A stretch of DNA of 64,000 nt. It comes from Malacoraja senta (lineage: Eukaryota). The notes below the pieces were generated by a model. That model saw nothing but the letters and a program-made list of their open reading frames with translations, searched no databases and was not told the origin of the DNA. The DNA lies in NCBI GenBank assembly GCA_038087875.1, contig CM075990.1, positions 12,960,001 through 13,024,000 on the forward strand, written 5' to 3'. How positions within the stretch are numbered: the first letter of the stretch is position 1; the number at the start of each line of letters is the position of its first letter. This document shows positions 37,291-51,574 of the stretch, one piece after another. A program made the translations under genes and the position numbers.

Positions 37291-40200
37291 TGTGATGAAG
37301 AGTCAGAGGTAAAGACTTCCAAATGAGTCTTCAAATGAGACTCTTGTCTCAAAGCCTTATCTCCCTTCACCAATGAATGCAACAGTTTCCATTGGGGAAA
37401 AAAACGGGATGGAACTATCAAGATTGCTTTACAAAGGGCAAGTACAGACTCAATGAGCCAAACGATGTAAATCAATCGCTAGTTTAGTTTCGAGATACAG
37501 CGCAGAAACAGGCCCTTCGGCCCACCGGGTATGCGCCAACCAGCGAATCCCGCACACTAACACTATCCTACTCACACACACTAGGTTCAATGGTGCCATA
37601 AGAGTGTGGGAATACTTGCTAATATTCTGAACTACTGATAGCTCAGCCAACCTCACTACATTACCTGATGAGAGACACAAGAAACTGCAGACATTGGAAT
37701 TTAGACACAGAGTGCTGGAGGAACTCAGCGGATGAGGCAGCATCGGTGGGAAGAATGGACTGGTGGCGTTTCGGGTCAGGACCCCTAGTAATTATCTGAC
37801 TTCTTACTGAGAGAGCTTCCTACGCATAAATTATTGGCTCCATTTCCTACAGGACAGCATTGATTACACTTCAAAAAGTACTGTGGGATATGTTGGAACT
37901 TTCCTTCCGTCAAGTGCAGTGAAAACATCATTAGATTAGATTAGAGATTAGAGTTTGGGAAGGAACTGCAGATGCTGGCTCATACCGAAGACAGGCACAC
38001 AGTGCTAGAGTAACTCAGCGGGTCAGGCAGCATCTCCGGAGTAAAAGGAATAGGTGACTTTTTGGGTCGGAATCCTTCTTCAGACGTCTGACGAAGGGTG
38101 GCGACACAAAACGTCACCTATTCCTTTCTCCCCAGAGATGCTGCCTGACCTGCTGGGTTACTCCAGCATGTCTGTCTATCTGTGAAAACATCAAGGTCTG
38201 TTAGCGTGAGGTGTGTGAGATACACAGGAATTAACGCAAACACAGATTTAATAATCAAATATGGCCCTCCGGCTCCTTGGTAAGCACCATGTGCCACATG
38301 AAAGCAAATGATTAGATAGCTGTGGCCTGTGGGAGAGTACATTGTTCAAAAACAATTTAACTCAATGATATTGAAAATTGCAAATTTATGCAGGTGAAAG
38401 ACAATTTAATTAAATCTCCTGCAGCAGTATTACAGACAATTAGGTGCAGACACTAATGTGGTTGAAGAAAAGTAATTAGCTGCTGTGTGCAACGCTGTTG
38501 CTGCACGCGGATTGTCACAGGGGCCCGGATCAATGGGAGATACCGGCCACGTCAGCCGCCTCTGGAACTGCAACGCCGGCTTCGAGGAGCACTCACCGGC
38601 CCACCAAGGCTCGCTCTGACGCAAGATAAATTCTGGAGGAGGCGGAGGTGTGTCATAGTCATAGAGTCATGAGAGTGATACAGTGTGGAAACAGACCCTT
38701 CAGTCCAACTTGCCCACACATGTCCCAGCTGCACTAGTCCCACCTGCCTGCGTTTGGTCCATATCCCTCCAAACTTGTCCTATCCATGTACCTGTCTAAC
38801 TGTTTCTTAAACGTTGGGATAATCCCAGCCTCAACTACCTCCTCTGGCAACTACCTCCTCTGTGCTTGAAAATACCCACTGTTGCTACCATCTGAAGAGG
38901 TTTCTGAGTTCTTCTTGCCTATGTAAAGCTCTTGTTTTAGTCATCGGTGCAGGTTTACCTCCCGGGCTCCTTACATTCCTTTCAGGAAATCCCGGAGCAC
39001 TTTACAATCAATGAAGTACCGCTGGTATATATTGAATCATAGAGTTATACAACACGGAATCAGGCCCTTTGGCTGACATCCATGAACAAGATGCGTCATC
39101 TACACTAGTCCCACCTGCCCACCATATCCCTCTAAACCTTCCTTATCCATGTACCTGTCCAGGTGACTTTTAAATGCTGTTATAGTACCAGCCTCAACTA
39201 CCTCCTCTGGCAGTTCATTCCGTGTACTCAAGAATCAAGAGTGTTCTATTGTCGTACGTCCCAGATAGGACAATTAAATTCTTACTTGCTGCAGCACAAC
39301 AGCCTCCCTCTGAGTGAAAATGTTGCCCCTTAGCTTCCTATTAAATCTTGCCCCTCTCATCTTAAACCCTTGTCACTTGATTCCCCTCCCCTGGGTAAAA
39401 CTCTCTGTGCATCCAACCCTGTCTATCCGCCCATGATTGAATCATTAAATCATTGAGAGATGCAACAAGGAAACAGGCCCTTCGGCCCACTGAGTCCATG
39501 CCGACCACCAATCCCCCATTCACACCAGTTCTATGTTATCCCTCCTTTTCTCATCCACTCCCGACACACTAGGGACAATTTACAGAGGCCAATTAATTTA
39601 CAAACCCGCCCATATTTGGGATGTGGGAGGAAACTGGAGGTAACCCACTAGCTCACAGGGAGAATGTGAAGACTCCACAGAGAAAGCTCGCAAAACCAGG
39701 ATCGAACCCGAGTCCCTGTCATGTGAGGTGTAAGAGTATAGAAGAGATGCTCGCACAAACACCAAAATGATAACATTGTGATTATTGTGATTGGAGGGAT
39801 AAATATTGGCCAGGATACCCGAGATAATTGACCTGTAATAAGAGCAGAAAATGCTGGAGGCACTCAGCAGGTCGGGCAGCATCTGTGGAGAGAGAAACGG
39901 AGAATGTTTCAGGTGCAACTGATGAAGGGTCTGTACCTGAAATGAGACCTGCTTTTCTTTCACAAACTCTGCGTGACCTCGTTGAGTCACCGAGCTAAAG
40001 GACGCAGCACTGAACTAACCCGTTGTCCACAATCACCATCCAGCACCCAATGGCACTGAGTCTCCCATAGTCTCATCAACTCCCACATCAAATCCTACCA
40101 TTCATAAAACATAGAACAGTACAGCATGGGAACAGACCCTTCCGCCCACAATGTCTGTGTCCAACGTGATACAGTGAATGCAGCGCCAGGGACCCGGGTT

Positions 40201-42770
40201 CGATCCCGACTACGGGTGCTGTCTGTACGGAGTTTGTTTGTATGTCCTTCCCGTGACCTGCGTGGGTTTTCTCTGGGATCTTCGGTTTCCTCCCACACTC
40301 CAAAGACACACAGGTTTGTAGGTTAATTGGCTTGGTAAATGTTAAAAATTGTTCCTAGTGGTTGTAGGATAGTGTTAATGTGCGGGGTGATCGCTGGTCG
40401 GCACGGACCCGGTGGGCCGAAGGGCCTGTTTCCGTGATGTATCTCTAAACTACATGATCTATGCCCCCCAATTTCCTGCTTATCCGTGTGTCTCTCTAAA
40501 AGCCTCTGAAACACCACTATTGCATCTACCATCACCACCACCCCCCCCCCCCCATGGCAGTGCGTTTGAGGCACCCACCACCCTCTGTGTCAAAAACTAG
40601 CCCGACATCTCCAGCACCTTCTGTCCTTATTTCAAGTTTCCAGCATCTGTATGATTTTATTCTTCACCTGTAGTATTTTGCAGATGAGTCAGAAGGAGGG
40701 GAGAAGGGTGGAGATAGAATCTGACAAGACAATGGCGGAATCTGAGAAAAAGTCTTTATCTGCGCATTTAGCCCGTTCTTGCTTATGGGGAGCTTGCTGT
40801 GAATTGGTTGCAGCGTTTCCTACATCACACTTCTGAACTGTTTGCAAGGCTCCTTGGAACCATCGTCTCGTCTTTTCCATTGGGATTGAGGATGACTCGC
40901 TTCCACTGAAGGAGCCTGCATACATGTGTTTTAACGTGGGGTAGCTGTCGTATTTCAGTCACTGTATTTATGGTGCTGACAACTGCAATGAAGATCCACG
41001 CATGTTGCCGTGTGAATAACGCCTGGCACAGCATTGCGAATGGCAACTGGCGGTCACCATTTTAGATGCGTCGCTGAAAATGGTGTTCATTCTCAGGACA
41101 GCAGATTGTGAAAACACCAATGTGTTGTCCGTTCCTTGGTCTGAGTTCTGGGAGTCGCTCGCTGCAGCTTCTGCTAAGATAGAGACTCTGCTTGTGGCAT
41201 TGAGCCTGCACAACCCGTTGCTATGGAAGTGGCTGAGACAATGGGGGCGGTAACAACAGTCACAGCTGCTTGCCTGCGGCACATTTCCAAAACATCAGAC
41301 CCGGGTGGCAGTGGGGAACAAAGCACTGCTGTGCCCTTAGCGCATGTTATTTTAAGAAATCCACAGGTTTTCTTCACGTTGGTGTAGAGGGACTCCTGAT
41401 CCATTGGTGCAGAGGCAGCAAATCGCGGGTGACCTTGGAGGATCAGCTCCACAAATGATAGAGACCAAGAATAATACGACATGGATTTGCACCGAAAGCT
41501 AATGAGTACTCCTGGCTGCCCAACTCATGAAGATGAGAACAACCAAAGGGACCTGACAGCATAGTGTGCTGATGCCCAACAGGGAAGGACAATTACAGAA
41601 GGATAAATTCACTGGCAGAATTCCCTTCCCTTTCCAAATATATTGGCTCTTAAATTACCTTGACATACACACTGGGGAAGTGCCAGGTTCAATTGCATGA
41701 CTGCCGGTTTGCCACTGATAATAGTGATAGCAGCAAACTGGTCACATCTTCTGAGGTTAAGATGGAGGGTTTCTCTCAAGGTATTTGCAATTCTAATCCA
41801 ACAATCCATAATCAGAGACAGCATCAGGGGAGGGCTAGTTGAAGAATCATTGTATTTAGAAACCAAGAGCCAACAGAGCTATACAAGTGCAAATATTTTT
41901 GTTTCTGAGGATCGGCAGCCAACTTGTGGGAGGGGAGAAGGAAGCTCACATTTGTCAGAGTTTTCCCAAATCAATCCCATTTCCCTAAATGAAGACACAA
42001 AGTGCTGGAGTGACTCAGTGGGTCAGACAGCATCTCCGGAGAAGGTACACAAAAATGCTGGAGAAACTCAGCGGGTGCAGCAGCATCTATGGAGCGAAGG
42101 AAATAGGCAATGTTTCGGGCCGAAGAGAATATGGGCAGGTGATGTTTCGGGTTGGGACCCTTCCCCAATCTGAAGAAGGGGTCCGACTCGAAACATCATC
42201 TGTCTATATTCTCCAGCGATGCTGCCTGACCCACAGAGTTACTCCAGCACTTTGTGTATTTTTTTTGGTAAACCAGCATTGGCATGTATCTCCAACAGTC
42301 CCAATACTTAGATCTTTCCTCATAGCTCAACAACATTCTAAAATATTTCTCCCCTTGTCTCTTGACAAATGGATCTGCTTCCATTGACATCTCAGGTCAA
42401 ACATTTCGATTCACAATGACTTGCTATTTAAAATGTCCTATACGCCTCTAGTATTTCTGCCAGTTCTCAGCAAGAAATGAATTATCTACATTCTCTGGAG
42501 ACATCGTCCAAGATGAGATATTACAGCAAACTCCTGCCTTATGCTAAATATCCTGCCACACCATGTAGACCAAGCAGGGACTATATCATGTGGACCAACC
42601 ATGGTACACCTGAGAAGATTGGTTTAACTTGGCATCATGTTCGGCATGGGGACCTGTTCTATGTTCAATGTAACCAACATTCCCCTACTCAACTGGAAAC
42701 AAATCTCACGTTGAAGCAGAATCAGTTACATAAATGTATTGGTTTTCCCTGCATTATAAAAAATGGCTGA

Positions 42771-43445
42771 AGGGGTGAGAGGGGGGAGAGAGGGGGGTGG
42801 TAGGGGGGAGAGAGAGGAGGGGGAGGGGGGGAGAGGAGGGGGAGGGGGGAGAGAGAAGGGGAGGGGGGAGAGAGGAGGGGGAAGAGAGGAGGGGGGGGGA
42901 GAGAGGAGGAGGAGGGGGAGAGAGAGGAGGAGGGGGAGGGTCAAGAGAGAAGAGGGGGAGGGGGGAGAGAGGAGGGGGAGGGGAGAGAGAGGAGGGGGAG
43001 GGTCAAGAGAGAAGAGGGGGAGGGGGGAGAGAGGAGGGGGAGGGGGAGAGAGAGGAGGGGGAGGGGAGAGAGAGGAGGGGGAGGGGGGGGGAGAGAGGAG
43101 GGGAGGGGGAGAGAGAGGAGGGGGAGGGGGAGAGAGAGGAGGGGGAGGGGGAGAGAGAGGAGGGGGAGGGGAAGAGAGAGGAGGGGGAGGGGGAGAGAGA
43201 GGAGGGGGAGGGGGAGAGAGAGGAGGGGGAGGGGGAGAGAGAGGAGGGGAGAGAGGAAGGGGTGAGAGGGGGGTAGGGAGAGTAGAGGGGGGAGGGAGAG
43301 TAGAGGGGGGGAGGGAGAGTAGAGGGGAGAGAGGAGTGGGGAGAGAGGAGGTGCGGAGGAGGGTAGTGGGAGAGGGACACCGAGAGGGGCAGAGGGAGAG
43401 GGGCAGAGAGAGGGGCGGAGGGAGAGGGGCAGAGGGAGAGGGGCA
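42771..43445. repeat. Polypurine (G/A) minisatellite, ~18-bp unit ggagagagaggaggggga
   Basis: About 670 bp that is almost purely G and A on the + strand. Confidence 0.95.
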
Positions 43446-44067
43446 GACTTTACCTATCCAACCACAATCACTGTGACTGAACAGAACTCACACTGAAGAA
43501 GGGTCTCGATCAGAAACATCACCCATTCCTTTTCTCCAGAGATGCTACCTGTCCCGACTGAGTTACTCCAGCATTTTGTGCCTATCTTCACCACAGGTGA
43601 TACTTCACACAGACAATGCAAGTATTTCCGTTCCTCTAAGTGGATATTGGAAATAACATTGACATTTACTGTAAAGTAGGCTTTTTAAAATATTTCTACA
43701 TGGGATATGGGCTTCGCTGCAAGCTTGGCCACCCCTTTGAGAAAGTGGTGCTGAAGCAACTTCATGAATTCTGCGGTCCATATGATGAAGTTGCCTCAAG
43801 ATGCTGTTACATGCTGAGCTCCAGTCTAATGAATGAATGACAATATATTTCCAAATCAGGGCGGTTTGTGATGCCTGTTATTGATGGTATTCCCGTGTGC
43901 CTGCTGTCCTGTTAGTTTGGTTTGGAGATACGGCATGGACACAAGTCCCTCAGCCCACTCCGACCATCCATCACCCGTTCACACTTGTTCCATGACATCC
44001 CCACTTCCTCATCTACATGCTAGGGACAATTTACAGAGGCCAATTAACCCACAAACCCTCATGGGTT

Positions 44068-44198
44068 GCTTCTTCTTCTTCTTTCGTGTGGCGTGCACAT
44101 GCTAAAGTTGTTGGACAACTTGTTCTATTTGATCTTCCGTTTGTGCACGTCGAGTTGATTGCATTAGTCGAAACAGTGAAGGTTGCAATCTTCCACCC
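44068..44198 (-). mobile_element. Short retroposed element with (GAA)n tail and 12-bp TSD
   Basis: ccctcatgggtt at 44056-44067 and 44199-44210. The minus strand ends ...cacacgaaagaagaagaagaag. Confidence 0.65.
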
Positions 44199-46299
44199 CC
44201 CTCATGGGTTTAGAAAGTGCTTTCTCTTAAACATTGCTCTTAATTGGAACCATCTTCACTTCTTCTTCTAAGCGACGACTTGCTTCCACTGAGGAGCGGA
44301 AGAGGCCTGGATGCGTTTTAACGTGGGGTAGCTGTCGTGTACCAGCTACTGTATGGTGCTGAAATAAAGTGAAAATTGCAATCGAGAGCCATGTATTCCT
44401 TGCAGTTAGTGGACTGTTGCCAGGTGAATAATGCCTGGCACAATATTATGGATGACAACAGGAGGGCACCATTTTAGATTTGTTGCCGAAATTGCGTTCA
44501 TTTTTCATGAGAAAACCCGATGCGACTGAACTGGCACTGTAATGTTTTTCAACATTACACAAGTTTAAACGAACCCCCTCACTCTCTCACGCACTCGTGG
44601 GATCCTCGAGGATCTTGCACAGCTCTGTGCTGCTACAACCAAAGGGCTCAGTAAATTTAATGAAAGTCACATTTACTGTGAAGACTCCTCAGAGACATCT
44701 GTGACCTGAAACGTTGATTGGTTTCTCCTTCAACAAATGCTGCTTGCCTGGCTGAGTTCTTCCAGCTTTTCTGTTATTATTCCATTTTTACTGTTATTGT
44801 TCAGTATTATTTGCTTCATGGGAGCAGCAAATAATGCTACTTGTGGTATACAGAGTCATTTGCCATCCACTATTTTAATTAATAAAAACTCCACATTAAA
44901 CATGGCACCACTGGTGATCTGAGGATGACCCAGAATATGTTATAGCCCGAGGAACTATCAATGTGTCAATGGAACACCTCACCTCATTTAAATACTGCAA
45001 GATTCATAGAATCAGTCACACATGAAAACAGGCTTTCCACCCCGTTAAATCCAAGCTGATTGTCAAACACCCATTTATGCCGATTCGACACTAACCTATA
45101 TTATTTTCTCAGATTCTCATCATCTCCCCCAGACTTTACCCCTCACCTACATACTCAGGGCAATGTACGGTGTCTTGCTTAGTTACAAACCTGCGTGTCA
45201 TTGAGATACGTGAAGAGACGGGTCGGTCTGAAGAAGGGTCTCGACCCGAAACGCCACCCATTCCTTCTCTCCAGAGATGCTGCCTGACCCGCTGAGTAAC
45301 TCCAGCGTTTTGTGTCTACCCAAGAAACTGCAGCACCCAATTTCATAAAGAGCAACTTGAAAGTGGCCAGGACACCTATTTTACTGCTGATGGTACAGAT
45401 CCATCCATCTACCCGAGAGGACAGCCGGGACTCCAGTTAAATATTCTGTCGATAGGAAGCATCTCTGGCAGGGCAGCATGGCAGATGTACTGGATCATGA
45501 GGCAAAATAATATGCTCATGTCTTCTGGAGCAGAACCTGACCCCCAATGCTGCCCCATGAACCACAGATGACAAGCAGTGGAACCTCTTCATATTTACAA
45601 TGTGCTTCCCATTAAGCTAGCAAGTGGGAGATTGCCACACAAATGAGTTAAGTGTTCTTCTATTAACATCGGCCTCAGTAATTTCCAGGGTTGTGTCAGA
45701 ACGGTGGAGCACTGGGAATAGCTCTTGTCACAAAGATTTGTAAGTTAAGCGCTTGCAGCCAAGCCACACTCACCCAGTATCGCATCTCGAACGCAACTAA
45801 TTGCATGCAGGAGATGTAGGTCGCAGTTCTCTGTCTGCTGAGAGGTGCTTGGAGGCAGAGACTTGGCAGTTGTGCGGGGAGCAGACTTGAGAGTTTAGTT
45901 TAGAGATACTGACTCGTGCTGGCATGGATGCTGATTCACGCTGGTATACAATGGCACAGATGAAGACTTGCATTGAGGTAGCGTTACATTGGTGCTGATT
46001 CATGCTGTGGTAACTTTCATGGGCATTGGGTTACACTGCTGCACAGCTGAAAGATTCTGATCTTAGAGTCACAAACTCAAAAAAACTCTGAAATGTTTTT
46101 AAAAAGATACATTGATCAGAAATGAGTACCATTGGCTTTATGTTTTATATTTAAATATTATCCAGTCTGCTGTGGAGGACTGCACATAATTAGACCGTGT
46201 CCTGGACAATATATTATCCAGAAGCAGTTAAAGTTGTGTATTATCAGGCTCATGTCACACGTTATTGGAGTAAGGAGGTCTGAAAATAAAATGTTTAAT

Positions 46300-46600
46300 T
46301 TGGTTTAGTTTAGAGATACAGCGCGGAAATAGGCCCTTCGGCCCAACGAATCTGCGCCAACCAGCGGTCCCTGTACTATCCGACACACACTAGGGACAAT
46401 TTACAATTAGACCAAGCCAATTAGCTTACAAACCTGCAGGTCTTTGGAGTGTGGGAGAAAACCGGAGATCCTGCAGAAAACCCACGCAGGTCACGGGGAG
46501 AACGTACAAACTCCGTACAGACAAGCACCCGTAGTCAGGATCGAACCGGGGTCTCTGGTGCTGTAAGGCAGCAACTCAACCGTTGCGCCACCATGCCACG
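46300..46600 (-). mobile_element. V-SINE (HE1-like), full length
   Basis: Reverse complement of the head, core and tail. Confidence 0.85.
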
Positions 46601-47652
46601 CCAATCTTCCGATCTGTAGTTAGACGCGTTATCCATTGCGTCACTGGCCAAGCCATTGAGAGTCTGAGGGGATGAGGAAAAAAAACCTCATCCTTGGTCT
46701 CCATGATCCATCGCACCAGGTACAGGCGGCTTGCCTTGTCAAGCTGCATTTACATGAGTAGTAAATTGTACTGAGATGCTGAGGTCATGAGCAGCACCTC
46801 TATAACAAAGATCTCTGCATCTGCTCCGCAATAATGGACCAGTGATGAGACATCTTCAACCACTAACTTGTGTATAAACAAGGTTTGGAGGTTAAAGGAT
46901 GTTGGTGTAAGAAGCTTTTAACACAATGAACATTTAAGTAAAAATCTATTGTAATTTTAAGCTTGAGCCTTGTTGCAATACTGCAGTTTAAATGAAAGGG
47001 TAGAAGGTATCCCTAAAAACTCACAAAGTTCTGGAATAACTCAGCAGGTTGGGCAGCATCTCTGGAGGACATGGATAGGTGATGTTTCCTGGCCCGAAAT
47101 GTCGCCTATCCATGTCCTCCAGAGACGCTGCCCGACTTGCTGAATTACTCCAGCACTTTGTGGCGTGGACCGGCATCTGCAGTTCCTCGTGTCTCGAGGT
47201 ACTATCCCTGCTGGGCAACTAGACGGTCGCGTTCCTCCATCTTCGATTGAGGAGCCAGCAGTTTCACTGCCTCTGTAACTCTGCTGTGCCTGGGCAGTAA
47301 AGGCAATGAGCATGTGCTGAGTAACGAGGCGAGTCGCACTGATCCAACCCACCGAGCAGCACTGATAGCGAGTCAGAACTTGCAATGGTGTCTTGTGTAT
47401 CCACATGGAACACCATAGACTGCCCATCACACCACCGAGTATGAAGTTGAGCAGAACTGCATGTCTTAACTTCACACCCCGCTGGTGCCAGTGGACCTTT
47501 GCACTGTAATAATTACTTAGAAGAAGGGTTCTGACCCAAAACATCACCCTTTCCTTTTCTCCAGACCCGCTGAGTCTTTGTGTCTATGTCTATCTTCAGT
47601 ATAAACCAGCGTCAGTAGGGCCTTCCTACACATGGTTGGTTACTTAGTATGA

Positions 47653-47975
47653 AAGCCCTGTCCCACTGTACGAGTCCATTCAAGAGTCCATTCTCCCGAG
47701 TGTCCCCTAATTCGAACTCGGAGATTTACAGTAATGGCCGCTCGCAGGTACTCGGGGCTGTCGTGGACATTTTTCAACATGTTGACAAATCTTCACGAGC
47801 CTTCCCGAGCTTACCGCGTTTCCCGAGAACCTGCCGTTAGCGTTACGAGCCGCTAAGAGACGTCCCCGAGCTCCGACGTTCCCGCGACGTTCATTCTCCG
47901 TGCTTACCACGAGTTTGATTTTTTTTTTAAACTCGGAAGAGCTCTTGAATGAACTCGTACAGTGGGACAGGCCTA
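47653..47975. mobile_element. PIF/Harbinger-like MITE
   Basis: aagccctgtcccactgtacgagt ... actcgtacagtgggacaggccta, with tga/tta flanks. Confidence 0.8.
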
Positions 47976-50684
47976 TTATTGTTATTAGGTTCCTGCGTTT
48001 TTGATTATTATATATTATCTGTGTATGTTTGTGTTTACATGCTTGTTAAGCTGCAGCAACTAAAAATCTCATTGTTCTATGTTGTGACAATTATACATTC
48101 CTCACTATTGATCTTTCCCAGTGGTTACCTTGGCAACTGAAGATCAGTCAGAATGTAAACCACACTGAGAAGAGGCTTTGGCCCGTTAAATAAGTCCCTT
48201 CAATAGTCCGTGCAAAAACAACATAACATTTTCCCTACCCCAATCCAAAATATTTGAATTGCATTCCTAATCATTAAGTGAATCAATGTTGAAGTTGGAA
48301 AATTGACCCTGAATTAGCAACACATCCACTATCTGTTGTTTCTAGTCCCTAACTTTTCCTATCATGTAGGAACTGCAGCTTAAACTAAATAGACACAAAA
48401 AGCTGGAGTAACTCAGCGGGTCAGGCAGCATCTCTGGAGAAAAGGAATAGGTGACGTTTCAGGTCGAGACCCTTCCTCAGACTGAGAGTCGGGAATGGGA
48501 AACGGGAGATACAGATGGTGATACAGGAATATATAGATCAAATGATTGAGAGCAGGTGGAATCACAGAGGGGGAGCATCGAGAGAGGATGTTGCAGAGCT
48601 TGTCGGAGAGAGGAGGAGGAGAACATCTTCAGAGTAGGAATACCTTGTGGAGATTTGCAGTGGAGCAGACAAAATGAGTAGGAAGGAATAGCAAATGCGG
48701 GTTTAAACCGAAGATAGACATGTTGGTTTCAAGATAAAGGGGAAGAGACATCATTGTCACAACAACACTCCGCAGTCCAAACCATATTGTTATTTGAAGG
48801 AACTTCCTTTGTTCACATTGAGAGCATATTACAACAATGACTGCACTTCAAAGACATCCCATTGGTTTCAAGCTCCCTGCAATGTCCTGAGCTCATGAAA
48901 ACCACTTTACAAAATGCAATACTTTTTAAAGCTATGCTTACCTCTTTCCAGTTAGGTAGCTATCAAACGCAGCCAGTGTGCAAAAAAAAAACGCTGGCGA
49001 TACACTGCGGAGCAGTCACCATTTCTAAAGGCAATGGGCAGGGTCTCATGTCCCAATGAACCAAGCAAGGTACTGGTGATAACTGAACCATTGTTTACTT
49101 TCAGCAGTTTTGTTTAGTAATGCCCTCAGAAAGGAAGAAACGCCCGTAGGAAACCCATGAAACTGCAGATGCTGGAACCTTGATCAAGAATCAAAGTACA
49201 GGATGAATTCAGCAGATCAGGCAGCATCTGCGGAAGGAATGGACAGATGGCGTTTTAGGTCAGCAATTCTGTTATGAGGTTTGGGTTGGTTGAGGCCCAA
49301 ATCATTGGCTTGGGATGAAGCCTGATTTCCAGAACTGTCTGTGTGAAGTAACTGTTCTCCTCGTAACTGCATGGAATTTACCGGATGCTCCGTTTCCTCC
49401 CACAACCTGAAGACTGGCGATTGACAAGTTAATTGTTGGCAATAAGTTACCTCAGGAGAGGGTGGACAGTGGGAGGAACAGGGGAAGTGGAGAGAGAATA
49501 GGTTACTGAGAAGATAAGTGTGGTTGTGGAACTGATGGGACTTACTCCCAGACCCAACATAGACTTGATGGGCCAAACGGTCTCTTACAATGTAAGGAGA
49601 TATGTGAAAAAATGTATGCCCTTGGGGTCAGGCTGGGATGGGCCAGGCTGGCTCTATAAATAAATGCACTGGTTGGGTGCAGTGCGGCAGGTCTGACTGT
49701 CCACATCCCAGGCAGGAAGGGGCTCTTGTCTTTCAACGTGTGACCCACCACTGAGGCCGAACCCACCCGAACACCACAGACACAAGTTGGGGTTAGCTCT
49801 GGGTGGTCAACAAAATCATCACAAGTCCTCAGGCGTGGGTCGGAATCGATTGACTGTGGACGGCACAATCCTCCAAGTGGTGCTTCAATCAATGCTTTCA
49901 TGGTATTTTATTGTCACGTGTACCAACAGTAGGCAGTGTGAAATTATTTGTTTCTACAGATATAACAGCACAAGAACAGGCCCTTCGGCCCACAATGTCT
50001 GTGCCGAACATGATGCCATGACCATCTCTTATCTGCCTGCACATAATCCATATCCTTCCATTCCCTGTATATTCATGTGCCTATCCGAAGGCCTCTTCAA
50101 TGTCGTTCCAGGCACTCGCGTTCCAGGCACTCACCACCCTCTGTGTAAATAAGTTGCCCACCACACATTATCCATATCCCTCCATTCCCTGCATATCTAT
50201 ATACCTATCCAGAAGTTCAGTGCAATACAGTTCTGTAACAGTCTTACTATGCATCAGACACAATCATAAGCAAGGACAAGATTGTAAGATAGTGGTTTGC
50301 ACCGAGGCAGTACACATGTGTCACCACATTTCCAGTACCATCTCAAGTTCAGAGTTGTTCAAAATGTTAGTCTTGCTTCCCAGGAGCCTCGTTGAACAAA
50401 AGACCCTGATCCCCATCTGCATAAAGGACTGATGGCCAAGGCCTTGTCCAAAGATGGAGATTTAATGCAGCCTCCCCAAGAAGAAACAGGTTGGATGGGT
50501 GGGCATCAAATTAAGGGGCCATGCTGGTGAAAGCACAGCTGTAAATGGTAGAGCAAAGATTATGTGCCTCCGCAGATGCTGCCTGACCCCTATCTTTCTC
50601 CAGCACCTTGTGTTCAAGATTTTCATCATCTGCAGTTCCTAGTGTCTTCAAAAAATACACATGTTTGTTTCCATGTGATCATTG

Positions 50685-50930
<246 letters not shown>

Positions 50931-51574
50931 TATGTATCCACATGACATATGCCTTCTGAGCTCTGGTCTTCAATCATCTTGGACCTCCTTGCCAATGGAC
51001 CAAGACCACACTCTGTTGAGTCCACCCCATGTTGATTCACCCACAGGCATCCTCAAAACTGGTGCTTGGGATTGAGCTGCAGATGTTGGTTTATACCGAA
51101 CATAGACACAAAATGCTGGAGAAACTCAGCGGGTCAGGCGGCATCTCTGGAGAAAAGGAATAGGTGACGAACTGTCAAATATTCCCTCCCCCCCTCCCCA
51201 AGGAGATGCTGCCTAACCCACTGAGTTACTCCAGCCTTTTGTGTCTATCCTCAAAACCAGAGGGGACTCGAATCAACCACAATCCTGAGGTACTACCAGG
51301 ATAAAGATTCAAATTCTGGGAACATTTGCTTCTGTCATTCAGCCTCTCTGCAGCCCGACTCAACCCAGTCCTGGCCAATAATTAATGTTGGATTTGGGGG
51401 TGGGGTTGGGGGGGGGAAGAGGAATAAAAATATACGGATTGGGCCCATGATGAGCTTTGAGTGGTGGACCATCCATTGACGCAGATTAGTAAGGAATTCC
51501 TGGTTGCCAGAATCCTTTCAGTGCCCCTCCCTCTGTGAATGCTCTTTCTTGTCCACCGTTCCTGCTCTCCATCC

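Noticed and set aside
42763..43476. Gly/Glu/Arg-rich ORFs
   Set aside because: A polypurine repeat cannot contain stop codons; no splice or domain support.
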